Assembly (NCBI GenBank): GCA_025455065.1
Contig: JALONG010000004.1
Span: 86,690-150,689, forward strand
Reading direction: 5' to 3'
DNA from: Candidatus Kapaibacterium sp.
GTDB taxonomy: Bacteria; Bacteroidota; Ignavibacteria; Kapaibacteriales; UBA4661
DNA length: 64,000 nucleotides
Positions 41,741 to 50,978 of the stretch are shown piece by piece. The position numbers and the translations under genes were made by a program. Within the stretch, counting starts at the first letter, position 1, and each line of letters opens with the position of its first letter. The notes below the pieces were generated by a model that searched no databases, had not been told where the DNA came from, and saw only the letters and a list, made by a program, of their open reading frames with translations.

Positions 41741-43444
41741 ATGCGAACCAGACTACTTTCCGCCTGTGCTTTTATGCTCCTGTGCATTGTTCAATCCGTC
41801 TTTGCACAGACATTGCCAATTAAGGATTTAAGCATTGGAAATCGTTTTTATTATGTTTATTCCTATGAATCAATTATGACTGGCTTTAACCCTCAGCAAG
41901 GTCCCTACATAAATAGAAATGGCGGTACTCGCTATACTCTAGAAAGAGTTCTTGATACAGTCTTGAGGGATGGCAAAAAGTATGCACTTGTAAGCACACT
42001 AAATTGGGGCGATGTACGCACAACATTATACACGACTCTCCAACGCTCCGATAGCGCATCAATTTATGTTTTTGACACAACATCGCGCTCTGAACGAAGT
42101 GTGTTTAATGTTGGTGGAAGATTTTCGTCCCCACTTGCTTCTGATTTACGACTAATCTCAACAACCTCAACAGAACTATTTGGCAAAAAACTACCGCGAT
42201 ATGAGTATGGGGCCTTCACAATTCCGATTTGCAGACCAGTGCAAGAAATCCACATTCAAACTCTTGGTTTTTACACTTCACAATATGGCTGTTCAGCACT
42301 CGGTGGTTTAAGATCAAGTACTAGCATGACATTATCAGGCGCAATTGTCGGTAAAGATACCTTAAATGAAGTGCCTAATCCCAAAATTGCGACACTTGCT
42401 CCTCCGCCCATAACGCAATTATCACCAAACAACATTGTTACTGTTCCCATTAGGCTTTCAGGTCTTGACAGTTTGGGTGAGGTCTTTGCGGCTGCGCCTC
42501 GATTAACAGTGCTTTTTAACAAGAAAACACTTCAACTGTACAATGTGCCTCAAGGATATTCGGCAGATTCAACGGCTCAAAATGACACCGTGCGTGTCTT
42601 CATTACTCCACCCTTGAACAGAAGCACACTCGCAACGTTGCAATTTCGGATGAATCCAACGGCGGAATTATCAGAGACCACCGTAGATGTGTCACTAGAA
42701 TCAAAGGCTACAAAAACATTAGCTTTCGTACTACCACAAGCCGGACGGATAGTGTTTGCGCCACGTAAACAATCTTCGATTTTTCGCTTTTTGGCAGTAG
42801 ATTCATCCTACAAATACGGCGATACAGCAAGAATTGGAGCGTATCTTACCGGAACCAGAGATATTGCGGAATTTGGAATTACGCGCATTCAGGCAACCGT
42901 GCCGATGCCTCTTACTGTGGCACAACCTTTGACAACGGTTGCTACCATAAATGGGTACGCAATGATTCCGATGGAGTTTGTTTTGTCCACCAATACCAAT
43001 TCTGCTTCAGCGTTTGCTCAGGTGCGAATTTTCACAACAGCCAGCGTTAGCGTGCCGTTAGCATTAACCGACCTCAAAGCTATTCCTAATGTCGCCGATT
43101 TTGAAGTATTTGGGAACGCCGCTTTTCTGCGTGTTCGCAGCCCCCAACCACAACTCGCACGAACAGCCGATACTGCGGCTCGTCCCAGCATTATCAGTCT
43201 CGCACCCAATCCCGTACAGAACGATATTTCTTTATCCTACTCGCTGCCTAACGATAGTTTCATTTCCATCCGACTATACGATATTCAAGGAAACATCGTA
43301 CAGACACTTTTGCCAAGAACATTACGGTTAAGCGGTGTTTATACCGAAAAATTTTCCATTACAGATTTACAGCAGGCTGAATATCGGCTTATTTTGCAAA
43401 CGGATAATGAAGTCGCGCAATCAAGAGTTATAGTGCATCGGTAG
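41741..43444 (+). CDS. Secreted hypothetical protein with T9SS C-terminal sorting domain
   Basis: Signal peptide. C-terminal ~80 aa (LAPNPVQNDISLSYSL...IRLYDIQGNIVQTLL...) fit the T9SS C-terminal-domain pattern. Confidence 0.7.
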   Translation: MRTRLLSACAFMLLCIVQSVFAQTLPIKDLSIGNRFYYVYSYESIMTGFNPQQGPYINRNGGTRYTLERVLDTVLRDGKKYALVSTLNWGDVRTTLYTTLQRSDSASIYVFDTTSRSERSVFNVGGRFSSPLASDLRLISTTSTELFGKKLPRYEYGAFTIPICRPVQEIHIQTLGFYTSQYGCSALGGLRSSTSMTLSGAIVGKDTLNEVPNPKIATLAPPPITQLSPNNIVTVPIRLSGLDSLGEVFAAAPRLTVLFNKKTLQLYNVPQGYSADSTAQNDTVRVFITPPLNRSTLATLQFRMNPTAELSETTVDVSLESKATKTLAFVLPQAGRIVFAPRKQSSIFRFLAVDSSYKYGDTARIGAYLTGTRDIAEFGITRIQATVPMPLTVAQPLTTVATINGYAMIPMEFVLSTNTNSASAFAQVRIFTTASVSVPLALTDLKAIPNVADFEVFGNAAFLRVRSPQPQLARTADTAARPSIISLAPNPVQNDISLSYSLPNDSFISIRLYDIQGNIVQTLLPRTLRLSGVYTEKFSITDLQQAEYRLILQTDNEVAQSRVIVHR

Positions 43445-43508
43445 GTGTTTGATGACAATATTTTTTGCTTCAGCACTATATTCCTCCAACAATTTGATAT
43501 TGTACACC

Positions 43509-44027
43509 ATGCAAAACCTCTGGTCACCTTGGCGCTCACACTATATCCAATCCGTTGCAAGTTCAACGGAAGCCGACAACGACTGTTTTTTATGCGCAGC
43601 CGCAGAACTTCCCTCCACACCGGAACGCGATGCGGAACTGCTCGTTGTAGCGCGGCGAAAGGAATGTTTTGTGATAATGAACCGATTCCCCTACAATGCA
43701 GGTCACATCATGGTTGCGCCAAATCGTCACTGTGGAGAACTGCGTTTACTGACGGATGACGAAGTAACGAATCTTTTCCGCACGGTGCGCGAAGCAGAAG
43801 ATGTGCTGCACCGCATTTTGAAGCCGCATGGAATCAACGTCGGCATCAACCTTGGCAGCGCAGCCGGAGCAGGCGTACCGGGGCATCTGCACGTGCATTT
43901 AGTGCCGCGCTGGAACGGGGATGTGAATTTCATGCCTGTGTTGGCGGAAGTGAAGGTTATTTCGGAGCGCCTCGAAGAAACCTACGTCAAGTTACACGCC
44001 GCATTTTCTTCCGATAATTCACGGTAA
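43509..44027 (+). CDS. HIT-family (histidine triad) nucleotide hydrolase
   Basis: N-terminal LWSPWR..Y and histidine triad GHLHVHLVPR. Start set at MQNLWSPW. Confidence 0.85.
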   Translation: MQNLWSPWRSHYIQSVASSTEADNDCFLCAAAELPSTPERDAELLVVARRKECFVIMNRFPYNAGHIMVAPNRHCGELRLLTDDEVTNLFRTVREAEDVLHRILKPHGINVGINLGSAAGAGVPGHLHVHLVPRWNGDVNFMPVLAEVKVISERLEETYVKLHAAFSSDNSR

Positions 44028-44078
44028 ACTTGCCATAAAGCACAGGCAGGGTATCGAATTTTTTCGTAACTTACCGTT

Positions 44079-45104
44079 ATGAAGACACTCGCTCTTGAAA
44101 TTCTCGGACGATTCCATAATGATTTCGACACACCGTGGAAAGAAGCGCTTGAAATCTACTTTCAAGAGTTTATGGAGTTTTTCTTTGCCGAAGCCGCCAC
44201 GCAGATTGACTGGAACAAAGGCTACGAATTTTTGGATAAAGAACTGCAAGCAATCATGCGTGAAAGCGAAATTGGAAAGCGCTATGCCGATAAACTCGTG
44301 CGTGTGCATTTACGCACTGGCGAAGAATCGTGGCTGCTGGTGCATATTGAAATTCAAGGGCAGCAGGAAAGCGATTTTGCCAAACGAATGTTTATCTACA
44401 ATTACCGAATTTTCGACCGTTATGAGCATCCGGTAGCGAGTTTAGCCGTTTTGACCGATAGTTCTCAAACATGGAGACCGCATGAATACTCGTATTCTTC
44501 TCTCGGCTCGGAAATGCGCCTGACATTCCCCATTGCAAAGATGTTGGATTTTGCGGAACAGTGGGCGCTGCTTGAAGAAAGTGCGAATCCGTTTGCGGTG
44601 ATTGTCATGGCGCATTTGAAAGCCATCGAAAAAGGCTTGTCGCCGGAAGATCGCATGAAATGGAAGGTGTTGATTGCCTCGGCGCTCTATCGGAAAAATA
44701 CCGCTAAAAGCGATATTATCAAGATTTTGGGATTTTTGGACTGGCTCATCACACTGCCGACCGAGCTACAACAACAATTTCGTACCACTATTGACATACT
44801 GGAGAAACGCAATATGCCGTATTTATCAACGTTTGAGCGCGAAGCAATGTTGCGAGGAATTGAGCAGGGCTTAGAACAAGGAATGCAACAAGGAATGCAA
44901 CAAGGAATGCAACAAGGAATGCAACTTGGTTTACAGATGCTTCGTGAAAATATCACCTTCGGCTTACAAGCACGATTTGGCGATGCCGCCGCACATCTCA
45001 TTGCAGAAATTGATACAATCACGGATTCCGAGCGCTTGAACGGCATCCTTCATGCGCTTTTTACGGTATCTTCGCTAGAGGAAATTCGGCAATTACTACG
45101 CTAA
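44079..45104 (+). CDS. Rpn/YhgA-like PD-(D/E)XK nuclease family 'putative transposase' with DUF4351-like C-terminus
   Basis: Conserved LVHIEIQ motif with an upstream acidic residue, and a C-terminal helical domain resembling DUF4351. Identified by motif recollection only. Confidence 0.6.
   Translation: MKTLALEILGRFHNDFDTPWKEALEIYFQEFMEFFFAEAATQIDWNKGYEFLDKELQAIMRESEIGKRYADKLVRVHLRTGEESWLLVHIEIQGQQESDFAKRMFIYNYRIFDRYEHPVASLAVLTDSSQTWRPHEYSYSSLGSEMRLTFPIAKMLDFAEQWALLEESANPFAVIVMAHLKAIEKGLSPEDRMKWKVLIASALYRKNTAKSDIIKILGFLDWLITLPTELQQQFRTTIDILEKRNMPYLSTFEREAMLRGIEQGLEQGMQQGMQQGMQQGMQLGLQMLRENITFGLQARFGDAAAHLIAEIDTITDSERLNGILHALFTVSSLEEIRQLLR
44877..44924 (+). repeat. 12-bp tandem repeat x4 (caaggaatgcaa) encoding (QQGM)4
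   Basis: Perfect tandem copies inside the Rpn-like gene. Confidence 0.8.
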
Positions 45105-45266
45105 ATCACCTTGCTACATTACTTCGCTACCGAACAACAACCATTATTTTGTCCTGTAATTTTGCATTTCCAACCTCTCATCAATTCAACGTTTTTATTT
45201 TGCTATTCGGGCGCTTCAATTCTGCCTTCTGAGGATATGTTGAACCACTGAGCGCCGATAACGTTT

Positions 45267-47894
45267 GTGCATACACTACAATTTCCTGCTATGATTCCTG
45301 ACCGCATACAAATTCTTGACCTCCTGAAAAAAACTGCACCTGCCACACTCAGGCTGCACGACATTGCCAAACATTTTCATCTCCGCTCTGATTCTACCGA
45401 TTACGAGCAGTTGCGCATTATGCTAACGCAACTTGCCGATGAAAAGGTGATTTACCGCTCCACACGCCGCAAATACGGTATTGAAATTCCCACCGGAGCC
45501 ACAACCGTCAAGAAAAAACAAGCACTCCGCGAAGTCCAAGTGGCTGCTGCTACATTTGAAGGCATTTTGACGATTGACGGCTACAATGGCGTTGTGGCAA
45601 CGGATTCCGAGGAATTTCCGCACATCACCGTCAAACGCCCCAATCTCGGTACTGCCTTCAACGGTGACCGTGTGCGCCTCAAATTACTTGCCTTGCGCAA
45701 AGAAGGGAAAGTTTCCGGCGAAGTGATTGAAATTCTGGAACGCGCTCCCACGCGCTTTGTGGGCAAATTAGAAAGCAACGGCGATTTCACGTTTTTCATT
45801 CCCGACGACGACCACATTCACGTTGATTTTCTCGTGCATCCTAACCGCATGGCTGGTGCAGGTGACGGCGATAAAGTCGTCGTAGAACTGCACCGTTGGG
45901 ATGACCCGATGAAATCGCCCGAAGCTCGTGTTGTCGAAATTTTAGGACGCGCAGGCATGGCGAGCGTTGAGTATTCATCGGTCTTGCGGGAATTTAAGCT
46001 GGTGCGTGATTTTGCGCCAAAAGTCGAAGCGGAAGCAAAGGCAGTCGCTGTGCCGATTTCCAAGAAAGAAATCGCACGACGTTTGGATTTGCGCAAGCAA
46101 ACTATCATCACCATTGACCCCATTGACGCGAAGGATTTTGACGACGCGCTGTCACTGGAGCATCTGGACAACGGTAACATCCGCATCGGTGTCCACATCG
46201 CCGATGTGAGCCATTACGTGCAGGAAAAAGGCGCGTTGGACGAAGAAGCACTCAAACGCGGTAACAGCACATACCTTGTGGATGGCGTAGTTCCTATGCT
46301 CCCACACACCTTGTCGAGCAATATGTGTTCGCTTGTGCCACACGAAGACCGTTTGGCGTATTCGGTGATTATGGATTTTTCACCACGCGGAGCGCTGAAA
46401 TCCTATGAAATCCGCGAAATTGTCATGCACAGCAAACGCCGTTTTACCTACGAAGAAGTGCAGGACATTATTGACGGCAAAGCTCAAGACCCCCATCAAG
46501 ACTTGGTTTTCGAGCTAAACCGTTTTGCCGATGTTCTGCGCAAAAAACGCTATGCTTCCGGTGGTATTGACTTTGTTACCAGCGAAATCCGTTTTATGCT
46601 GGATGAATACAAACAGCCCGTCAAGGCATTACTCAAAACCCGCACCGATGCTACGTCGCTGGTGGAAGAGTATATGCTCGCAGCGAACCGCGTTGTGGCG
46701 GAACACGTGAAAAAACTTTCCACCAAATACCGCCTCAAAAAAACGCTGCCTTTCCTTTACCGCATCCACGACCAACCCGACCAAGGCAAACTCAGCATGG
46801 CATTTAGCCTCGTGCGCTCGTTTGGTATTCCGGCACCGCACGGAGAGCGCATTTCCTCACGGGACATCAACGAATTTTTGCAAGGCTTGAACGAACACCC
46901 CGCGCAAAGTGTTCTGAATCAAGTCCTGCTGCGGTCTATGGCAAAAGCGGTCTATGCGGAATACAATATCGGGCATTACGGCTTGGGGTTTGAGTATTAT
47001 TCGCATTTTACCTCGCCGATTCGTCGTTATCCCGATTTGGTGATTCATCGTCTGTTGAAGGAGTTCGCCATTGCGAAGCCTGATGACAAGCGGCTTCGGG
47101 AGTTGGCGGAACTTTTGCCCGAAGTCAGTACGCACTGTTCCACAACGGAGCGCCTTTCGGTCGAAGCAGAACGCGCATCCAACAAACTCACCCAAACAGC
47201 GCTTGCGATGAAGCATCTCGGCGAGGAGTTCAACGGCACGATTACGGGCGTTACGCACTTCGGAATTTTTGTGATGGTGGACGACATCTACGCAGAAGGA
47301 TTGGTGCGGGTTCTGGACTTGCCGACGGATTATTATTACCACAATGAACGTGAATTTTCACTCGTGGGGCGCTACACCAAGAAAAAATTCCAAATGGGAA
47401 TGCGAGTGCGGGTGCGGATTGCGAAGGTGAATATGCAAAAACGCGAGTTGGATTTCCTCTACACCGGAAATACACTCGACGCAGAGGCTCTCGCCGCACT
47501 GAACGCACGCCGCGCAAATGCTTCCTTGCTGGACAAAACCGCAGGCGACGGCGACGAGGACACACCAAGCCTTGAGAGCGTTCTCAAAACCGTGCGGCGC
47601 AAAGAGAAAAAAGCACAAAAGCACCACGAGCAAAAAGCAAATGCTCAAAAAAGCAGCACTCCGAAAAGCGGCACTCAAAAAAGTAGCGCTCCGAAAAGTA
47701 ACACTCCAAAAGGTACTACCCCAAAAAGCGCATCGGCTCAAACCTCACAACGAAGCGCTTCCGGCGGCGGCAAAAAACAATCATCGCAGAAATCAAGCAC
47801 CAAAGCAGGTATCACGCGCAAAGCACTAAAATCGCTCAAAACCAAGCCGCAGAGCGCATCCGGGGGCAAAGGTGGCAAGAAAACAAAGCAGTAG
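45267..47894 (+). CDS. rnr: Ribonuclease R
   Basis: Winged-helix N-terminus, cold-shock-like domains, RNB catalytic domain (HIADVSHYV, ...D.D.A), S1 domain and a lysine-rich basic C-terminal tail. Confidence 0.92.
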   Translation: MHTLQFPAMIPDRIQILDLLKKTAPATLRLHDIAKHFHLRSDSTDYEQLRIMLTQLADEKVIYRSTRRKYGIEIPTGATTVKKKQALREVQVAAATFEGILTIDGYNGVVATDSEEFPHITVKRPNLGTAFNGDRVRLKLLALRKEGKVSGEVIEILERAPTRFVGKLESNGDFTFFIPDDDHIHVDFLVHPNRMAGAGDGDKVVVELHRWDDPMKSPEARVVEILGRAGMASVEYSSVLREFKLVRDFAPKVEAEAKAVAVPISKKEIARRLDLRKQTIITIDPIDAKDFDDALSLEHLDNGNIRIGVHIADVSHYVQEKGALDEEALKRGNSTYLVDGVVPMLPHTLSSNMCSLVPHEDRLAYSVIMDFSPRGALKSYEIREIVMHSKRRFTYEEVQDIIDGKAQDPHQDLVFELNRFADVLRKKRYASGGIDFVTSEIRFMLDEYKQPVKALLKTRTDATSLVEEYMLAANRVVAEHVKKLSTKYRLKKTLPFLYRIHDQPDQGKLSMAFSLVRSFGIPAPHGERISSRDINEFLQGLNEHPAQSVLNQVLLRSMAKAVYAEYNIGHYGLGFEYYSHFTSPIRRYPDLVIHRLLKEFAIAKPDDKRLRELAELLPEVSTHCSTTERLSVEAERASNKLTQTALAMKHLGEEFNGTITGVTHFGIFVMVDDIYAEGLVRVLDLPTDYYYHNEREFSLVGRYTKKKFQMGMRVRVRIAKVNMQKRELDFLYTGNTLDAEALAALNARRANASLLDKTAGDGDEDTPSLESVLKTVRRKEKKAQKHHEQKANAQKSSTPKSGTQKSSAPKSNTPKGTTPKSASAQTSQRSASGGGKKQSSQKSSTKAGITRKALKSLKTKPQSASGGKGGKKTKQ

Positions 47895-47918
47895 TTTGTT
47901 ATTGCACAAAACAATGTT

Positions 47919-48857
47919 ATGTCATTGAGGAATGAATACACCATGAAACCACAGCAACCAAGCGCCCCGGAGCGCCTAAAACCCCGCAAGGACTTAGGGC
48001 AGAACTTCCTCAAAGACCGCAATATTGCTCACAATATCGTCAAAGCATTAGAACTCCATGAACGGGAAACCGTGATAGAAATTGGTCCCGGCGAGGGCGC
48101 TCTTACGTCCTTGCTCATGGAAACCAACGTCAGAAACGTTATCGCCATTGAATACGATGCACGGGCGGTAGAACTCCTGCAAACACGATTTCATGCGGCA
48201 ATCACGGCAGGACGCTTGCGGATTATTCACAGCGACGTTCTTAAACTTACCTTCGACAAAATTTTTGCAGAAAACTCCGCAACGCCCGATGAAATCTCAA
48301 TTGTTGGTAATATCCCGTATTATATCACCAGCGATATTCTCTTTTGGATTTTTGACGAATGGGCAAAACACAGCGCAGAAATAGTTTCAAAAGCCTCACA
48401 GCAACACGCTTGGAAAAAAATCACGCTCCGCAAAGCGGTAATTATGATGCAAAAAGAAGTCGCAGAGCGCATCACGGCAAAACCGCGCACAAAAGAATAC
48501 GGTATCTTGAGTGTCGCATCGCTGCTTGTTTCTGAGCCGAAAATTCTTTTTCATGTTCCGCCGCAATGTTTTTTTCCGCCGCCGAAAGTAACCTCATCGG
48601 TCGTGGAGTTCCGCATGAAAGCAGGCGCAGAAGCCTCCGCACAGTTTCGGGCGGTACATCCTCTTGTGCGGGTTGCTTTCAACCAACGCCGCAAAGTGCT
48701 TTCCAATGCGCTTTCCGGCGTTTTGCCAAAAGAACGCTTGCCCGAACTTCTTGCTGCTGCGGAAATGCGGAAAATTTCGTATTTTCGCTCTCGTGCGGAG
48801 GAACTCACGCCGCACGATTTTATGCGCTTGCATGAGCTTATTGCAGAATTTCGCTAA
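47919..48857 (+). CDS. rsmA: 16S rRNA (adenine1518/1519-N6)-dimethyltransferase
   Basis: LGQNFL, SAM motif IEIGPGEGALT, and NIPY motif. An alternative start is at 47943. Confidence 0.9.
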   Translation: MSLRNEYTMKPQQPSAPERLKPRKDLGQNFLKDRNIAHNIVKALELHERETVIEIGPGEGALTSLLMETNVRNVIAIEYDARAVELLQTRFHAAITAGRLRIIHSDVLKLTFDKIFAENSATPDEISIVGNIPYYITSDILFWIFDEWAKHSAEIVSKASQQHAWKKITLRKAVIMMQKEVAERITAKPRTKEYGILSVASLLVSEPKILFHVPPQCFFPPPKVTSSVVEFRMKAGAEASAQFRAVHPLVRVAFNQRRKVLSNALSGVLPKERLPELLAAAEMRKISYFRSRAEELTPHDFMRLHELIAEFR

Positions 48858-48930
48858 CACCTTCTCTCCTCTGCTTGAAAGGTCATCTGCTTGAAAGCCT
48901 CTCTGCCGCGCACCAGTCCGCAACATTCCC

Positions 48931-50016
48931 ATGAAAACTCCCCCTTCATCCTCAACCACCCCGCGAACCCGCGCCCGTACTCGCTTCGGAGCGCAAGAAC
49001 ACTCTGCGCCCTCGCCAAATTCGCATGAGCAGTCAGAAAAGCATTCTCCAAGCGGTTTACAGGTCTTGCAGCAAATCCGCATTACGCCCCGTCGGTTGAA
49101 AGAATCGCTCACAACGGCAGAAATACTGACACTGACGATGCTTACGTTTTATACGGTTTTGGGCTGTATTTTTGCGACGGTCGTGGAAAATACGCTCATG
49201 TACATCGTGGTAAATTGCTGTTTTATGTGGATGCAATGCGCCTTAGCGGTAAGCGTGTCGGAGAACGAAACGGGGCGTATCTTTCGGTCATTGCTCATTG
49301 CGCGGCGATTTTTCCTGCTTCCGGCGATTTATTTCATTTACTCCCAATCCCACCTGTATATCACGCACATCAACCCGCATGATTACGACGCATTGCTGGC
49401 AGAATGGGACGTTGCGCTCTTTGGCGTGTATCCGACGCGCTGGATATATCAATTCGCACACCCGCTTTTGACGGAGTTCTTGCAAATTTGTTATTTCCTC
49501 TATTTCTGGATTCCCGTTGGCTTGGGGGCTGAATTTTACACGTCGCGCCCGACGATTTACTACACGCGCTATGCGCTTTACGTGGCGTGTGTGAGTTATG
49601 CGCTGTATCTGGGATATTTTTTTATGCCGGCAATCGGTCCTTGCTTCACGCTGCATGATTTTTCGCAGTGGAACGCCGAACTTCCGGGCATCGTTTTTGC
49701 CGAACCGCTCCGCGCTATTGTCAATAACGGCTCCGGCGCAGGCACGGCGACACCGCATCTGACCGCGCACCGCAACTGTATGCCAAGCGGTCACACGATG
49801 GTAACGCTGCTGAATATGATGATTGCTTTTCGGTGGAAGTCGCGTTTTCGCTGGGGGTATTTCGTTATTGGTTGCGGCATTATTGTTTCGACGATTTATC
49901 TGCGCTATCACTACGTGGTGGATTTGCTTGCCGGAGCGGTAGTAACGGTCTTGGCGCTGCTTTTTGCAAGGGTTTTGGAGCGTACCTTGAGGAAGATTGG
50001 TTTTGCTGCGGCGTAA
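48931..50016 (+). CDS. PAP2-superfamily membrane protein (phosphatase / phospholipid-headgroup transferase-like)
   Basis: PSGH and R-x5-H-x3-D motifs (CMPSGHT, RYHYVVDLLAG) in a multi-TM protein. Start uncertain; the N-terminal ~60 aa may not be coding. Confidence 0.55.
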   Translation: MKTPPSSSTTPRTRARTRFGAQEHSAPSPNSHEQSEKHSPSGLQVLQQIRITPRRLKESLTTAEILTLTMLTFYTVLGCIFATVVENTLMYIVVNCCFMWMQCALAVSVSENETGRIFRSLLIARRFFLLPAIYFIYSQSHLYITHINPHDYDALLAEWDVALFGVYPTRWIYQFAHPLLTEFLQICYFLYFWIPVGLGAEFYTSRPTIYYTRYALYVACVSYALYLGYFFMPAIGPCFTLHDFSQWNAELPGIVFAEPLRAIVNNGSGAGTATPHLTAHRNCMPSGHTMVTLLNMMIAFRWKSRFRWGYFVIGCGIIVSTIYLRYHYVVDLLAGAVVTVLALLFARVLERTLRKIGFAAA

Positions 50017-50018
50017 GG

Positions 50019-50205
50019 TTTTATACCAATTTACGCTGAGGATTGTGCATTATTTTTTCAATGCTTTTCTCTGGAAGCAGCATAAATACTCGCACAGACA
50101 AGAATGTCTGTGCCACTGACATAAATACTCGCACAGACAAGAATGTCTGTGCCACTGAAGCCGGATTTTTTTGCACAGTTATCAACTCAAATTGGTATTA
50201 TGCTG
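50019..50205. repeat. Most complete copy of the composite dispersed repeat (5' module, two tandem palindrome cores, 3' module), MITE/REP-like
   Basis: ttttataccaatttacgctgaggattgtgcattattttttcaatgcttttctctggaagcagcataaatactcGCACAGACAagaaTGTCTGTGCcactgacataaatactcGCACAGACAagaaTGTCTGTGCcactgaagccggatttttttgcacagttatcaactcaaattggt. Modules are shared with 37668-37775 and 28246-28326. Confidence 0.75.
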
Positions 50206-50266
50206 TTTTGATGTGAAAATGGCAATTCAAATAGTGATTTATTTTTGACACAGTTCCCACAAAATC

Positions 50267-50851
50267 ATGACAAATTTTGTTTTAGATGAACCAGCTATTC
50301 GCAACTGTGTTCTGCCGATGACATCGGAACAGTACCGTTTTATGGGAGAATCGGGCTTGTTGGAAAACAACGTAGAACTTATTCGTGGTTTTATTGTCAA
50401 AAAAATGCCCAAATCACCGCTTCATACCTTGCTTGTCACACGATTGCAAGCAGCATTAGTCGGGCTTCTGCCCACGAATTATTTTGTGCGCAAAGAAGAG
50501 CCTCTCGCCCTGCAAAACTCAGAGCCGGAGCCGGATTTGGCACTTGTCATCGGCTCGGCAGAACAGTACGCTCAAAATCACCCCTCCGGCTCAGAAACAG
50601 TCCTCGTCTGCGAAGTAGCCCTTTCGTCATTGGCGCTTGACCGAAAAAAAGCAGAACTGTACGCGGAAGCGGACATTCCGCATTATTGGCTGGTCAATGG
50701 CGTTGAAATGCGCTTGGAAGCATACTCTACGCCGGAGCAAGGCGTGTACACTCATTGCACAATTTTGGCATTCAACGAGTCAATTACTGTGCCATTTGCG
50801 GCGGGTAACGCGCTGCACCTCAGCACCATATTTCCACATCCTGCTGAATAG
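50267..50851 (+). CDS. Uma2-family (DUF820) PD-(D/E)XK-type putative endonuclease
   Basis: Pattern EPDLALV ... E ... YAEADIPHYWLV typical of Uma2 proteins. Recollection-based. Confidence 0.6.
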   Translation: MTNFVLDEPAIRNCVLPMTSEQYRFMGESGLLENNVELIRGFIVKKMPKSPLHTLLVTRLQAALVGLLPTNYFVRKEEPLALQNSEPEPDLALVIGSAEQYAQNHPSGSETVLVCEVALSSLALDRKKAELYAEADIPHYWLVNGVEMRLEAYSTPEQGVYTHCTILAFNESITVPFAAGNALHLSTIFPHPAE

Positions 50852-50978
50852 GGCATACAGCATTGCTTTCGTCCTTGCGTCATTCAACAATCGTGATTGC
50901 CTCTCACGGCAAACAACGATAGACGGCAAGCCTCTCAAACAGCCTCTCAAATACTTGTTTTCACGCTTTTTTTTCGGT

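Noticed and set aside
49288-49911. Minus-strand 207-aa ORF opposite the PAP2-family gene
   Set aside because: The plus-strand frame carries PSGH and R-x5-H-x3-D PAP2 motifs and TM helices. The antisense frame is Arg-rich with no features. The first ~60 codons of the plus-strand ORF may also be non-coding, which lowers confidence for that gene's start.
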